Shown here in pieces: positions 38,242 through 47,884 of a stretch of DNA of 64,000 nt; position 1 is the stretch's first letter; each line of letters opens with the position of its first letter. The stretch lies in NCBI GenBank assembly GCA_965140585.1, contig OZ223264.1:352001-416000 (forward strand). Reading direction: 5' to 3'. The DNA comes from Spirochaetia bacterium. Lineage in GTDB: Bacteria > Spirochaetota > Spirochaetia > UBA9216. Under the pieces are notes generated by a model. The model saw only the letters and a program-made list of their open reading frames with translations. It was not told the DNA's origin and did no database searches. A program made the translations under genes and the position numbers.

Positions 38242-39717
38242 ATGAAAAAGAATACAATCTCAATTTTTATTACTCTAATTTTATTGATTTCCATCATCAC
38301 CTCATGTGTTACAAATCCTGTTACATACGAAGATGCTGTCGAAGAAAAGAAACCTCTGGGTGTATTGCCTACTATCATTTTAGGTTATGTGCCGTTTGTA
38401 GGTCAGCTGGTACAGGGCGAGTTTATTGAAGCAGGAGTGCTGGCCGGGGCAATGGTGGGCGGGACGGCCCTGGGAATCGGGACTATGGATATGGACACCG
38501 GTGAGATGTCTCCCTTTGGATTTGTCGGCGCATCGATGATGGCAGGCGCTATCTTTTACAGCTGGATAGACGGCCTGGTTACAAGTATACAGCGGAACAA
38601 GCAGTATAAGCAACAGACTGTCGAATATGCGAAAGACAGGGCTGCCGAGTTATTCATTGCCGGTGAAAGTGCTGAAGCAAAAAGTCTGATTGCCCAAAAA
38701 GTCAAAACGCAGGAAGATCGTATCGAGGTTGCATATGAAATAGCCCCTGAAGGTTGTGCAGTAGACGTTCCTGATATTGTAAATATGACTAACTTGAACA
38801 ACCTTCATTATACTCACTATAACAACCGTTCAATATCCTCCCTTGATACAAAGATCTCGCCTGAGGGCTTTGAGTACATTTTTAAAATCAGACCGAAAAC
38901 GGATGTTAAAAGTTTTGCTGTCTGTGCTGCGCTGCAGAATGATGCATCGGCCTTGTCACAGTTTGCAGAATATGCGGAAACATACGGAATCACAAAAGAA
39001 GTTGTAAGCATAGGAAGCATTATTCTTTCTGAAAATAAAAATACAGATTCACTTTTTAGTTTTTATGATTATTTAAGATCAGAAGCCCCCTTGATGTATC
39101 TTGATATGGATGAAATTGAAAAGCGCAGGATTGATATTAATGAACGCGATAAATACGATCAGGCCGGATGGTTTCTTAAAAATGAGCAGTGGGATCAGGT
39201 GATTGCAATTATTGAAGAACTGTCACGGGAGTCCGGAGCTGATACTTTTCAAACCACAAGGCTGAACGTTCTAAAGGCTGCGGCAGGGTTGTGTATTCTT
39301 GAGACTATTCCGGAAAAAATGAGAAATATTGATCTGCTTATTCATGACCTTGAAAAAGAGGCTGCTGAAAAGGAAGGGCCAGAGCTTGAAGAGCTTAACA
39401 GTTATATTCAGGAGCTGAAGGTTCTTTCTGACTCCGGGTATAAATCAAAAGCTGAAATTGAAAATTTAAATAATCTTTTATACATAATCTCAGTAAAAAA
39501 TGGCGGGGTTTCATTTCTGGGTATGACTCTGAATAACCTGCTTGATAATGAAGAATTGTCCGGTCTTGAGAAATGGCAGGAACTTGAGAGAATGTCAGCA
39601 GACAGAAGCGCAATGATATCCTTGTCAGCTATATTGTTTCCGGATCTTGAACTTTCTGCTGCGGAGATAGGATCTGTAATTGATGAAATGCATACTTATG
39701 ATTATGTATTCTTTTAA
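38242..39717 (+). CDS. Lipoprotein with P13/DUF5683-like hydrophobic segment and helical C-terminal region
   Basis: Lipobox ITS-C; ILGYVPFVGQLVQGEFIEAG ... FYSWIDG..S..RN; remainder helical and charged. Confidence 0.65.
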   Translation: MKKNTISIFITLILLISIITSCVTNPVTYEDAVEEKKPLGVLPTIILGYVPFVGQLVQGEFIEAGVLAGAMVGGTALGIGTMDMDTGEMSPFGFVGASMMAGAIFYSWIDGLVTSIQRNKQYKQQTVEYAKDRAAELFIAGESAEAKSLIAQKVKTQEDRIEVAYEIAPEGCAVDVPDIVNMTNLNNLHYTHYNNRSISSLDTKISPEGFEYIFKIRPKTDVKSFAVCAALQNDASALSQFAEYAETYGITKEVVSIGSIILSENKNTDSLFSFYDYLRSEAPLMYLDMDEIEKRRIDINERDKYDQAGWFLKNEQWDQVIAIIEELSRESGADTFQTTRLNVLKAAAGLCILETIPEKMRNIDLLIHDLEKEAAEKEGPELEELNSYIQELKVLSDSGYKSKAEIENLNNLLYIISVKNGGVSFLGMTLNNLLDNEELSGLEKWQELERMSADRSAMISLSAILFPDLELSAAEIGSVIDEMHTYDYVFF

Positions 39718-39738
39718 TTTTTAAAACAGGAGAAAAAC

Positions 39739-41301
39739 GTGAAAAAACTAAAACCATTATTAACAATTACAATGATGCTGTTTTGGACTGGTGTATCGGT
39801 ATCGGCAGAATCAGTATTGCTGGATGATTTTCCTTCATTCGGAATAAGCAGTATAGGAATTTATGTTGAGAGTTATCAGGATGAAAGAACAGACAACCCT
39901 TCTGCGGATTTCATTACAGCGTATGCTATGCAGGATGTTGTCTATTTTAGAAATACTCTCTGTGAGTTTGACTCAGTCACTCCAAAACTGACTACTCCTG
40001 CCTATCCGTTATCGGGTAGCGGTTCAAATCCTGGACTTGATAAGATGCTTGCAGAAAAACTCAGCGGGGCCCTCGATGAACTGGGATGGAATAATTTATA
40101 TCTCAGCAGTTTTTCCGGCGGCAATCTTAAGGACCTGCGCAGGCAGGCTGTTTCGGAAGGTCTGGATGCGGTTCTTGTTGTCCGTTATTATCCGGTTGAA
40201 TACTTTATACCTATCTCAAACTACCGGGCTTCCTACGGTTATTCCGTAAATACATACTCGGCAAATGTCGGTAAGATTGTATTCGGTCTGGGCATGTATC
40301 CGGCACTGGAGCTCATAGATGCGAGGACCGGAGCCCGAATCTGGTACAGCGCCTATTATGCATCACATCCTGAAGCTCCGCAGGGATCGTATCAGAACTT
40401 CGTTGATATGGCGGCCGAGTTTTTTGTAATCGGGGACGACTCAGAACAGAATGCCATTGACACAATGATTGATCTGACATTAAAATCACAGGCCTTCCCT
40501 GAAGCTGCTGACTCGGGTGCCCGTGATGAACTTACAGCCGCATCACACGCTGAAGGCCGTTCAAATCTGTTCTGGAGCAATGATCCCAGTTATGATTTTT
40601 ATTCAGCCATGATGGCTGTAGGATATCAGTTCAGGTATCTGGGTGATATGCCTGTTTATTATGATGAATCTTCTTATGATGATGTGCCGGGAACTGTGGT
40701 GGCAACAGCTTCGCCAGCAATGGAACACAGGCTGACAATTCCGTTTTTCACTTTAGGATTTGGAAATATGTCACTTGAGCTGCTTAATTTTTATTTCGGT
40801 TATGTTCCGGGACCGACGGTCGATGTTTCATACACTAAAAATGAGTGGGTAGAAGACCCCGAAGATCCTTACGGAGGCAATGTGCAGCAGGAAGTAACCA
40901 GGACTGCCGAAATGTCCACAGGTGCCATGACTTTCGGTTTTGAGGTTATGGCTAAATACTTCCTGCGTTTTGGTGATGACCTTTCTGCATATATCGGCGG
41001 CCAGGCGACAGCCGGTATGTGGATGGATACTATGAGTTCTGAAGAAGATAATTTTGATGAATATGATTATTCATTTCAGCCGCAGGGATTAGCAGTTCTT
41101 GATGGGCTGGTAATTAATGCCGGAATAATGGCCGGCTTAAGATGGGATGCAGAAACCCCTGTAGAGCTGTATGGAATCTTTTATCCGGTAGGACCGTCCG
41201 GAGACTGGGCCTTAACCGCTGGTCTTACCTGGCATTTTCTCATGACTGACTGGCTGCCGCCTCACAGCAGAAATATACAGGAGACAATGGATTTGTTTTA
41301 A
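39739..41301 (+). CDS. Exported protein: periplasmic alpha/beta domain plus probable C-terminal outer-membrane beta-barrel
   Basis: Signal peptide (VSA-E); LDAVLVVRY..LELIDARTGARIW; amphipathic strands FGFEVMAKYF, SAYIGGQATAG, AGIMAGLRW, ALTAGLTWHF. Confidence 0.6.
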   Translation: MKKLKPLLTITMMLFWTGVSVSAESVLLDDFPSFGISSIGIYVESYQDERTDNPSADFITAYAMQDVVYFRNTLCEFDSVTPKLTTPAYPLSGSGSNPGLDKMLAEKLSGALDELGWNNLYLSSFSGGNLKDLRRQAVSEGLDAVLVVRYYPVEYFIPISNYRASYGYSVNTYSANVGKIVFGLGMYPALELIDARTGARIWYSAYYASHPEAPQGSYQNFVDMAAEFFVIGDDSEQNAIDTMIDLTLKSQAFPEAADSGARDELTAASHAEGRSNLFWSNDPSYDFYSAMMAVGYQFRYLGDMPVYYDESSYDDVPGTVVATASPAMEHRLTIPFFTLGFGNMSLELLNFYFGYVPGPTVDVSYTKNEWVEDPEDPYGGNVQQEVTRTAEMSTGAMTFGFEVMAKYFLRFGDDLSAYIGGQATAGMWMDTMSSEEDNFDEYDYSFQPQGLAVLDGLVINAGIMAGLRWDAETPVELYGIFYPVGPSGDWALTAGLTWHFLMTDWLPPHSRNIQETMDLF

Positions 41302-41308
41302 TATCAGT

Positions 41309-43510
41309 TTATCTGTTTAATGCAATAAGCTCTGATCTTCCGGTTACTTCAAGTTTCCGGAAGATAGAGGTGTTGTAATTACTAATTGTCTTTACTGATA
41401 AATTTAACTCCGCAGCAATTTCTTTATCACTCAGACCCTTTCTAAGCAAAGCTGCAATTTCACATTCACGCGTGGTCAGTTCTTTTTCACTGCATACTTT
41501 TTTGAATTCATTCCCGGGCTGACGGCTGTGTTCGCTGCTGTAGTTGTCGATAAACTCGATCACTGAATTCTTCAAATTCTTTTTATAATTATCAGTGCTC
41601 AGTTTAACAGATTCGATTATTGCCGATGCCTTGGCTTTGAGTTCTTCGATTGAAAAAGGCTTGCCGATGTAGTCTACAGCTCCGTCATTAAGAGCTTCAA
41701 TTTTCTCATCTGCAGAATTACGTGCTGTTAAAAATAGAAAAGGGATTTTTTTATATTCAATGTTCTTATGAATCTCCCGGTAAAGCTGCCGGCCATCCAT
41801 CACCGGCATCATAACATCGCTTATAATTATTGAAGGTTTAAACGATTTTAAAATTTCCAGAGCGAGCTGTCCGTTAGAGGCTGTTGTGATTGTAAAAGTA
41901 TCAGATAATTCATCCTTAAGGTAATTCAGCAGGTCCTTATTGTCTTCAACAAGCAGTACAGAATGACTGTTACGGCTGAGAGCCTCCTGGTCGGTTGTCT
42001 GAGGATTGTCTTCAGCGATAGCGGTTTGCAGATCCGCCCTGTATGCAGACAGCATTGAATCGGGATGGCTTTTTTCTTTTTGAATATTTTCATCCCCAGT
42101 ATCCGGAAATATCAGTGAAAATGTACTTCCCATTCCCGGACTGCTGTTAAGTTTTATTTTTCCTCCATGCAGTTCCATTATCCCTTTGACAAGAGATAAG
42201 CCAATTCCGGCGCCTCTCCATAAAGAGCTCTCAGCAGTTTCGACTTGCTGAAACCTGTTGAATATCTTCTGCTGCTGTTCAAGCGGGATTCCCGGGCCGT
42301 TGTCAGAAATATCAATATTGATCTGATTATGATGCCTTGAAGCTTTCAGGTTGATCTTTCCACCGGGCTGTGTGAATTTTATCGCATTACTCATCAGATT
42401 TAATATAGCAGTATCAAAAAGATGCGGATCAGCGCATAATTTTAAACCCTCATCAGTTTCTGCCGCAATGGTAATGTCTTTTTGCTCGGCTGCTGACTGT
42501 AGTTCTGCGGCGAAAATTGTCAGTTTGGCCTCAAGATTCATTTCTGCCAGTTTAAGAGTAAACTTATGCTGCTCCAATTGCGACAGTTCAAGCAGGCCAT
42601 TAATCTGTTTTATCAAGCGCAGATTATTACGCTCGATTATTTCAAACTGACTGTCGGCAGCCTCTATTGAATTGCCCCATCGGCCGGTTCTAAGCTGATG
42701 AATTATACCATTGATTATAGTTACCGGAGTTCGCAGTTCATGTGAGATATTCATCATAAAGTCGTTTTTTGCTATATCCATCTGCCGAAGTTTAAGCTTT
42801 TCCCTCTCTGCGAGTGCATGGTTCACTTTCAATTCGGTCATCTCAGAACCGAGAATAAATGGAAACAGCAGCCCGTTAAAAACCATCCCGGCAAGGAATA
42901 AGAAATTTCCATCAAGCAGCGGTGCCGGGATGCCTGCCCCGGAAACTGCATCCTTGAAAATTCCCATTGCGGAAATTGCTCCGAGAATCATCAGTGCTTC
43001 GAAAAAAATAAGAGTTCCTGCCTTTTTATTACCCCCGATCCTAAGGATTATTAAAGGCACAAGCAGGATTAAAATGACACCGCTTGCGGAAATATCCATT
43101 ATGGAAATAATCAGTTTATTTATGGATCCGGCTACAATTGGATGGATGATTGAAAGAATTATAAAAAAGATGCATAAACTGGCTACAATATTTCTTCCTG
43201 TCTTAAGAGCCTGCCTGTTTTTAATATTCAGATAATTGTATGAAAAAAGGGTGAAGGCAAAAAGAGATAGCCATGAACCTATGTATGGTTCAACTGTCGG
43301 TATGAAAAAGTGTGTATAGAGATTGCTTACCGCATTTATAAAGGCTCCTGTGAAAAACAGGGCCAGATCAAGATAATTGCGATCACGGCTTTTAATGCCG
43401 GTGAACAGGCAGTTCAGAACTGCCATGAGAATCATTCCAAGAAACAAATTGGCAGTGGTCAAATAAGGTCCGGGACTTAATAACTTGGGTATAATCAACA
43501 TGTGAAACAT
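41309..43510 (-). CDS. Hybrid sensor: 7TM + HisKA + HATPase + REC + LuxR-type HTH
   Basis: About 7 TM, SHELRTP, NLMSNAIKF, DNGPGI, GAGIGL, SDVMMP, KPF, LTTRECEIAALLRKGLSDKEIA..L..SVKTI. Confidence 0.9.
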   Translation of the reverse strand: MFHMLIIPKLLSPGPYLTTANLFLGMILMAVLNCLFTGIKSRDRNYLDLALFFTGAFINAVSNLYTHFFIPTVEPYIGSWLSLFAFTLFSYNYLNIKNRQALKTGRNIVASLCIFFIILSIIHPIVAGSINKLIISIMDISASGVILILLVPLIILRIGGNKKAGTLIFFEALMILGAISAMGIFKDAVSGAGIPAPLLDGNFLFLAGMVFNGLLFPFILGSEMTELKVNHALAEREKLKLRQMDIAKNDFMMNISHELRTPVTIINGIIHQLRTGRWGNSIEAADSQFEIIERNNLRLIKQINGLLELSQLEQHKFTLKLAEMNLEAKLTIFAAELQSAAEQKDITIAAETDEGLKLCADPHLFDTAILNLMSNAIKFTQPGGKINLKASRHHNQINIDISDNGPGIPLEQQQKIFNRFQQVETAESSLWRGAGIGLSLVKGIMELHGGKIKLNSSPGMGSTFSLIFPDTGDENIQKEKSHPDSMLSAYRADLQTAIAEDNPQTTDQEALSRNSHSVLLVEDNKDLLNYLKDELSDTFTITTASNGQLALEILKSFKPSIIISDVMMPVMDGRQLYREIHKNIEYKKIPFLFLTARNSADEKIEALNDGAVDYIGKPFSIEELKAKASAIIESVKLSTDNYKKNLKNSVIEFIDNYSSEHSRQPGNEFKKVCSEKELTTRECEIAALLRKGLSDKEIAAELNLSVKTISNYNTSIFRKLEVTGRSELIALNR

Positions 43511-43569
43511 TTTATTTTAGAAAATTACTGCGGGCAAGGACTTTTTTACATATAGGTATATTCGCAAAG

Positions 43570-44016
43570 CTACTGCGTATATTCTTCAAGCCGGGAAAAA
43601 GCCCTGTCCCATGCATGGATAAAGAACTGCCTTGCCTCTTCCCATTCTTTTGAATCTCCCCATCCGGTGTGAATCAGAGTTGACTGGGTTCCGTTATCCC
43701 TTGGAGAGAAGAAAACTGTAACATTGGTTAGAGGACGTAATTTGTTCATTTCGGCGGCAAATTGAGGAGGCCCCTTCCATTCAAAGTTAAGGTAGTAAGG
43801 TGATTCAATATCAAGTATTCTACATCCTATTGTGCTGTTTTCTTCAGGCTTATCCGGATTCCAGTATAATTCATATTTTCCATGAACTTTTGGTTCGACA
43901 TCTGCTTTTTCGGTTAGCCAAGTTTCGAGTGCTTGATTCTCGGTGAACAGTTTAAATACCTGCTCGGTAGAGCAGTTCAGAATTGATTTTTTAACAATGA
44001 TTCTATCCATATTCAA
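43570..44016 (-). CDS. SRPBCC/AHSA1-like ligand-binding protein
   Basis: VFKLFT..LETW, EPKVHGKYEL.W, TLIHTGW, C-terminal helix W..AFSRL. Confidence 0.88.
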   Translation of the reverse strand: MNMDRIIVKKSILNCSTEQVFKLFTENQALETWLTEKADVEPKVHGKYELYWNPDKPEENSTIGCRILDIESPYYLNFEWKGPPQFAAEMNKLRPLTNVTVFFSPRDNGTQSTLIHTGWGDSKEWEEARQFFIHAWDRAFSRLEEYTQ

Positions 44017-44069
44017 TACACTCCCTGTATATTACTAAGTTACTCAATAATACCGGGGGAGTGAAATGA

Positions 44070-44966
44070 TTAATTCAGTTTTTCAGGCTTATATACTATC
44101 GATGTGAATTCAATTTTTGCAATCTCTTCGACCGGAACCTCAGCTACATGCATAATGAACTGGTTAAAGTTTTTAAACCCGTATCTTCTGGTCACTTCCT
44201 CAAAACCTTCCTTGTATATCAGCGATTCTCCTGCAAGTGCAGCCATATAGCTGCGGCTTTTTTCTATTGATATATTTTCAGCACAATGCTTGATTTTGGG
44301 GAGAATGGTCGGTTTGAATCGGGCAAGCGAGTGTGAAGAGATTATTTCATTAAAGTCGGAACTTCTGCTTATGACTTTTTCAACTGTTTTTATATACTCT
44401 GAAATGCTTGTTGATTCATTAAGACAGAGCCATATATGGCTGGAAAAGGAGTCTCCTGAGATAAGTGTTCTAGTTTTCTTGTCTAGAATACAGACCGAGC
44501 CTTTTGTATGCCCGGGTGTATGTATGACTTCAACCTCACGATTTCCAAGCTCAATTATCTCTCCGTCGGATATAGCCTTCAGTTTTTTAGTGATGGGCTT
44601 CAGGTACTTTAAAAGACCTTTCTGGTCCGGAGGCAGAATGCTTTTGACATTCATATAAAGTCCGGCCTTCATGATAAGCGATGAATGCTTCCTGTATATT
44701 TCAAAATCATCTTTATGGATTAGAACTTCTTTAAAGTGAACATTTCCCTGGATGTGATCAATGTGTCCATGTGTGTTGATTATGCGGATCGGAAGATCGG
44801 TGAGGCTTCTGACTGTCTCATATACATTGCCGAATCCATAGCCGGAATCTATAATAAGAGCGTATTCTGTCCCTACTATGAGTGAATAAAATACATCGAG
44901 TGAATCATAAATGTGATACAGCTTATCTGCAATTTCGGTTATTTTGTTATCAGTTTTGTTGGCCAT
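44070..44966 (-). CDS. MBL-fold metallo-hydrolase
   Basis: IIDSG, THGHIDHIQG, TPGHTKGS, LISGD. Confidence 0.92.
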   Translation of the reverse strand: MANKTDNKITEIADKLYHIYDSLDVFYSLIVGTEYALIIDSGYGFGNVYETVRSLTDLPIRIINTHGHIDHIQGNVHFKEVLIHKDDFEIYRKHSSLIMKAGLYMNVKSILPPDQKGLLKYLKPITKKLKAISDGEIIELGNREVEVIHTPGHTKGSVCILDKKTRTLISGDSFSSHIWLCLNESTSISEYIKTVEKVISRSSDFNEIISSHSLARFKPTILPKIKHCAENISIEKSRSYMAALAGESLIYKEGFEEVTRRYGFKNFNQFIMHVAEVPVEEIAKIEFTSIVYKPEKLN

Positions 44967-45090
44967 GGGGTATTATATTCTGCTATTGAAAGTGAAACAA
45001 TACTATGTACTAATGAAGTGTTGTGCGAATTTACAGAGATAAATTTATCTTATCCTTGTATTCGGCTTATGCAATTACTATAGTTTAGAT

Positions 45091-46464
45091 GTGAAGAAAG
45101 TTCTAATTATCGATGATTCCCGCACAAACAGGGCCAGCCTGAAGCTGCTGCTGGCTCCCTTCGGTTATGAACTTAATGAAGCCGCTAACGGTATCGAAGC
45201 GCTTGAACTGATTGAAAATGACAAAATGGATCTCATAATTACAGATCTTGTAATGCCGCGAATGGACGGTTTTGAGCTATGTAACAGGCTAAAGGGTGAT
45301 GACCGGACCCGCTCGGTCCCGGTTATAATATTCAGCGACTTTTCCGATAAAAAACGGGTGGAGGAGGGATTTACTCTTGGTGCATGGGCTTTTGTTCCAA
45401 AGAGTCAGCCTGATGAATTGATAAGAACTCTTACAAAATGGAACGAATCACATTATATGGTAAGCAAGTGGAAGGTTCTTGTTGTAGATGATTCAAAAAC
45501 AGTCCGTACTTCAATACAGGATGAACTTACACTCGATGGTTATCATGTGAAAACAGCTGAGGACGGTGAGGATGCATGGTCACTACTTCAGGATGAAAAC
45601 TGGCGTCCGGATATTATTGTAACAGATCTGAATATGCCCAGGCTTGACGGCCTAGATCTGCTTGGACGAATAAGAAACAGCGAAAATCTGAATAAAATCC
45701 CTGTAGTAGTTGCAAGTTCTGATTCTGATCGGTCAACCATAATGAAGACTGTTCAGGCTGGTGCTGTTTCCTATCTGACAAAACCTTTCGGTTCGGGACA
45801 GCTCTCCTTGAACCTTGAGCTGATACTCTCAAATCAGTTTCAGCTTCTTGATGAAGTACGCAAGCGAATTGAAATGGAGAAGCAGCTGCTTCTTGCTACC
45901 ATAACAAGCCTTGCAAATGCCCTTGAGGCAAAGGATGTTTATACACGAGGTCATTCCGAGGCAGTGGCTAAATATGCCGTGATGGTGGGGAAGAAACTCG
46001 GTTTCAAGGAAAGGCAGCTTGAACAGCTTGAGCTTGCCGGAATGCTTCATGATCTCGGAAAAATAGGAATTAAAGATAATGTCCTTACTAAGGAAAAATC
46101 GCTTGATGATGAAGAATATGAGCATATTAAAACCCATGTAGAACAGCTTGAACTGATATTAAATCCTATATCATCGGTACAGGAAATACTAAGCGCTGCA
46201 AGATCTCATCATGAACGTTGGGACGGTAGGGGCTATCCGAGAGGCCTGAAGGGCAAGGATATTCCGATTGGCGGAAGGATTCTGATGCTTGCCGATGTTT
46301 ATGATGCATTAACCAGCGACCGACCCTACCGTACTGCCATGTCCAAGGATAAAGCATTGCGGATAATCCGTGATGGTATAGGAACAGCATTCTGTCCTGA
46401 AACCGGACCGGTATTTCTGTCTGCAATATCAAAGCTTCCGGATCCGAATTTAAAAAGGCATTGA
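45091..46464 (+). CDS. Dual-receiver HD-GYP cyclic di-GMP phosphodiesterase
   Basis: Two REC domains (TDLVMP, TDLNMP), YTRGHS, LHDLGKIG, HHERWDGRGYP, ADVYDAL..RPYR. Confidence 0.93.
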   Translation: MKKVLIIDDSRTNRASLKLLLAPFGYELNEAANGIEALELIENDKMDLIITDLVMPRMDGFELCNRLKGDDRTRSVPVIIFSDFSDKKRVEEGFTLGAWAFVPKSQPDELIRTLTKWNESHYMVSKWKVLVVDDSKTVRTSIQDELTLDGYHVKTAEDGEDAWSLLQDENWRPDIIVTDLNMPRLDGLDLLGRIRNSENLNKIPVVVASSDSDRSTIMKTVQAGAVSYLTKPFGSGQLSLNLELILSNQFQLLDEVRKRIEMEKQLLLATITSLANALEAKDVYTRGHSEAVAKYAVMVGKKLGFKERQLEQLELAGMLHDLGKIGIKDNVLTKEKSLDDEEYEHIKTHVEQLELILNPISSVQEILSAARSHHERWDGRGYPRGLKGKDIPIGGRILMLADVYDALTSDRPYRTAMSKDKALRIIRDGIGTAFCPETGPVFLSAISKLPDPNLKRH

Positions 46465-46507
46465 TATTTTCAGCTTTTATACGATACTGATATATAGGGG
46501 GTTCTCA

Positions 46508-47815
46508 ATGCACATAACCGATATAATTCTGAAAAAAAGAAACGGCGGTGAGCTTTCAAAGGAAGAAATTGATTTTTTTATAGAAGGATATGTCGGCGGC
46601 AGTATTCCTGATTATCAGATATCTGCGCTTTTAATGGCTATATGGTACAGGGGGATGAATGCACGCGAAACTACAGATCTCACCCTTTCGATGGTCGCTT
46701 CCGGCGATACTATAGATCTTTCCGGAATCAGCGGAATTAAGGTTGATAAGCATTCAACCGGTGGCGTGGCAGATACAACAACTCTTGTAGCAGCTCCTCT
46801 TGTTGCGGCCTGCGGAGGCAAGGTTGCCAAGATGTCCGGCCGGGGCCTCGGCCATACCGGCGGAACGCTTGATAAGCTTGAATCAATACCAGGGCTTTCC
46901 ATTGAACAGTCTATGGAGAACTTTCAGAAAATAGTAAACAGCATCGGTGTCTCGGTGATAGGGCAGACCGCCAACCTTGTTCCTGCAGATAAGAAGCTCT
47001 ATGCGTTAAGGGATGTAACTGCAACTGTTGATAATATGTCTCTTATTGCGGCAAGTATAATGAGTAAAAAGCTTGCTTCCGGCAGTGATGCAATTGTTCT
47101 TGATGTAAAAACAGGCAGCGGAGCTTTTATGCAGAAGCTGGATGATTCTAAGGCTCTGGGACGGGCTATGGTTGATATAGGCAATATGGCAGGCAGAAAA
47201 ACTGTCGCACTTGTTACAGATATGAATCAGCCTCTTGGTGATGCAGTAGGCAACGCACTTGAGGTTCAGGAAGCAATAGAAATACTTTCCGGCCAGCATA
47301 AGAATGGCGATTTACGCAAGGTTTCCATGGCGCTTGCATCAAGAATGCTTGTTGTTTCAAATCTCGCCGAGAATACCGAACTGGCTGAGGGGATGCTGGA
47401 AACTGTACTAACTTCCGGCAAGGCTCTAGAATGCCTGGCTTTAATGATAGAAGCTCAGGGCGGTGATGCTTCGGTTACTAAAGACATAAAGCGTCTGCCT
47501 CAGGCTTCAAAAACCATTGAAGTTAAATCTGCAGCCAGTGGATGGATTACAAGTATGGAGAATGCCGAAATCGGATTATCCGCAATGCTTCTTGGTGCCG
47601 GCCGGCAGACCAAGGAAGATGTTATTGATCCTGCTGTGGGACTGTGGATGAGGAAGAGAATCGGTGATGAAGTTAAAACCGGAGATGTTCTCGCTGTTTT
47701 TCATGTGAATGATGAAAAGAACCTGAAAGAAGCGGAAGAACGGTTCGTAAATGCGATAAATATTGAAGGCTCAAAGCCTGAGTCTTTATCACTTGTATAC
47801 GATGTAATTGAATAA
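46508..47815 (+). CDS. pdp: Pyrimidine-nucleoside (thymidine) phosphorylase
   Basis: DKHSTGGV, KMSGRGLGHTGGTLDKLESIPG, PADKKLYALRDVT, SIMSKKLA, DVKTGSGAFM. Confidence 0.95.
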   Translation: MHITDIILKKRNGGELSKEEIDFFIEGYVGGSIPDYQISALLMAIWYRGMNARETTDLTLSMVASGDTIDLSGISGIKVDKHSTGGVADTTTLVAAPLVAACGGKVAKMSGRGLGHTGGTLDKLESIPGLSIEQSMENFQKIVNSIGVSVIGQTANLVPADKKLYALRDVTATVDNMSLIAASIMSKKLASGSDAIVLDVKTGSGAFMQKLDDSKALGRAMVDIGNMAGRKTVALVTDMNQPLGDAVGNALEVQEAIEILSGQHKNGDLRKVSMALASRMLVVSNLAENTELAEGMLETVLTSGKALECLALMIEAQGGDASVTKDIKRLPQASKTIEVKSAASGWITSMENAEIGLSAMLLGAGRQTKEDVIDPAVGLWMRKRIGDEVKTGDVLAVFHVNDEKNLKEAEERFVNAINIEGSKPESLSLVYDVIE

Positions 47816-47819
47816 AATA

Positions 47820-47867
47820 TAAAAAAGCCCCGCAGCGGCAGAAGATTCTGCATTAGGCGGGGCTTTT
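47820..47867. terminator. Bidirectional Rho-independent terminator
   Basis: AAAAGCCCCGC ... GCGGGGCTTTT between the convergent pdp and permease genes. Confidence 0.8.
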
Positions 47868-47884
47868 AATTTTATTTTATATTT

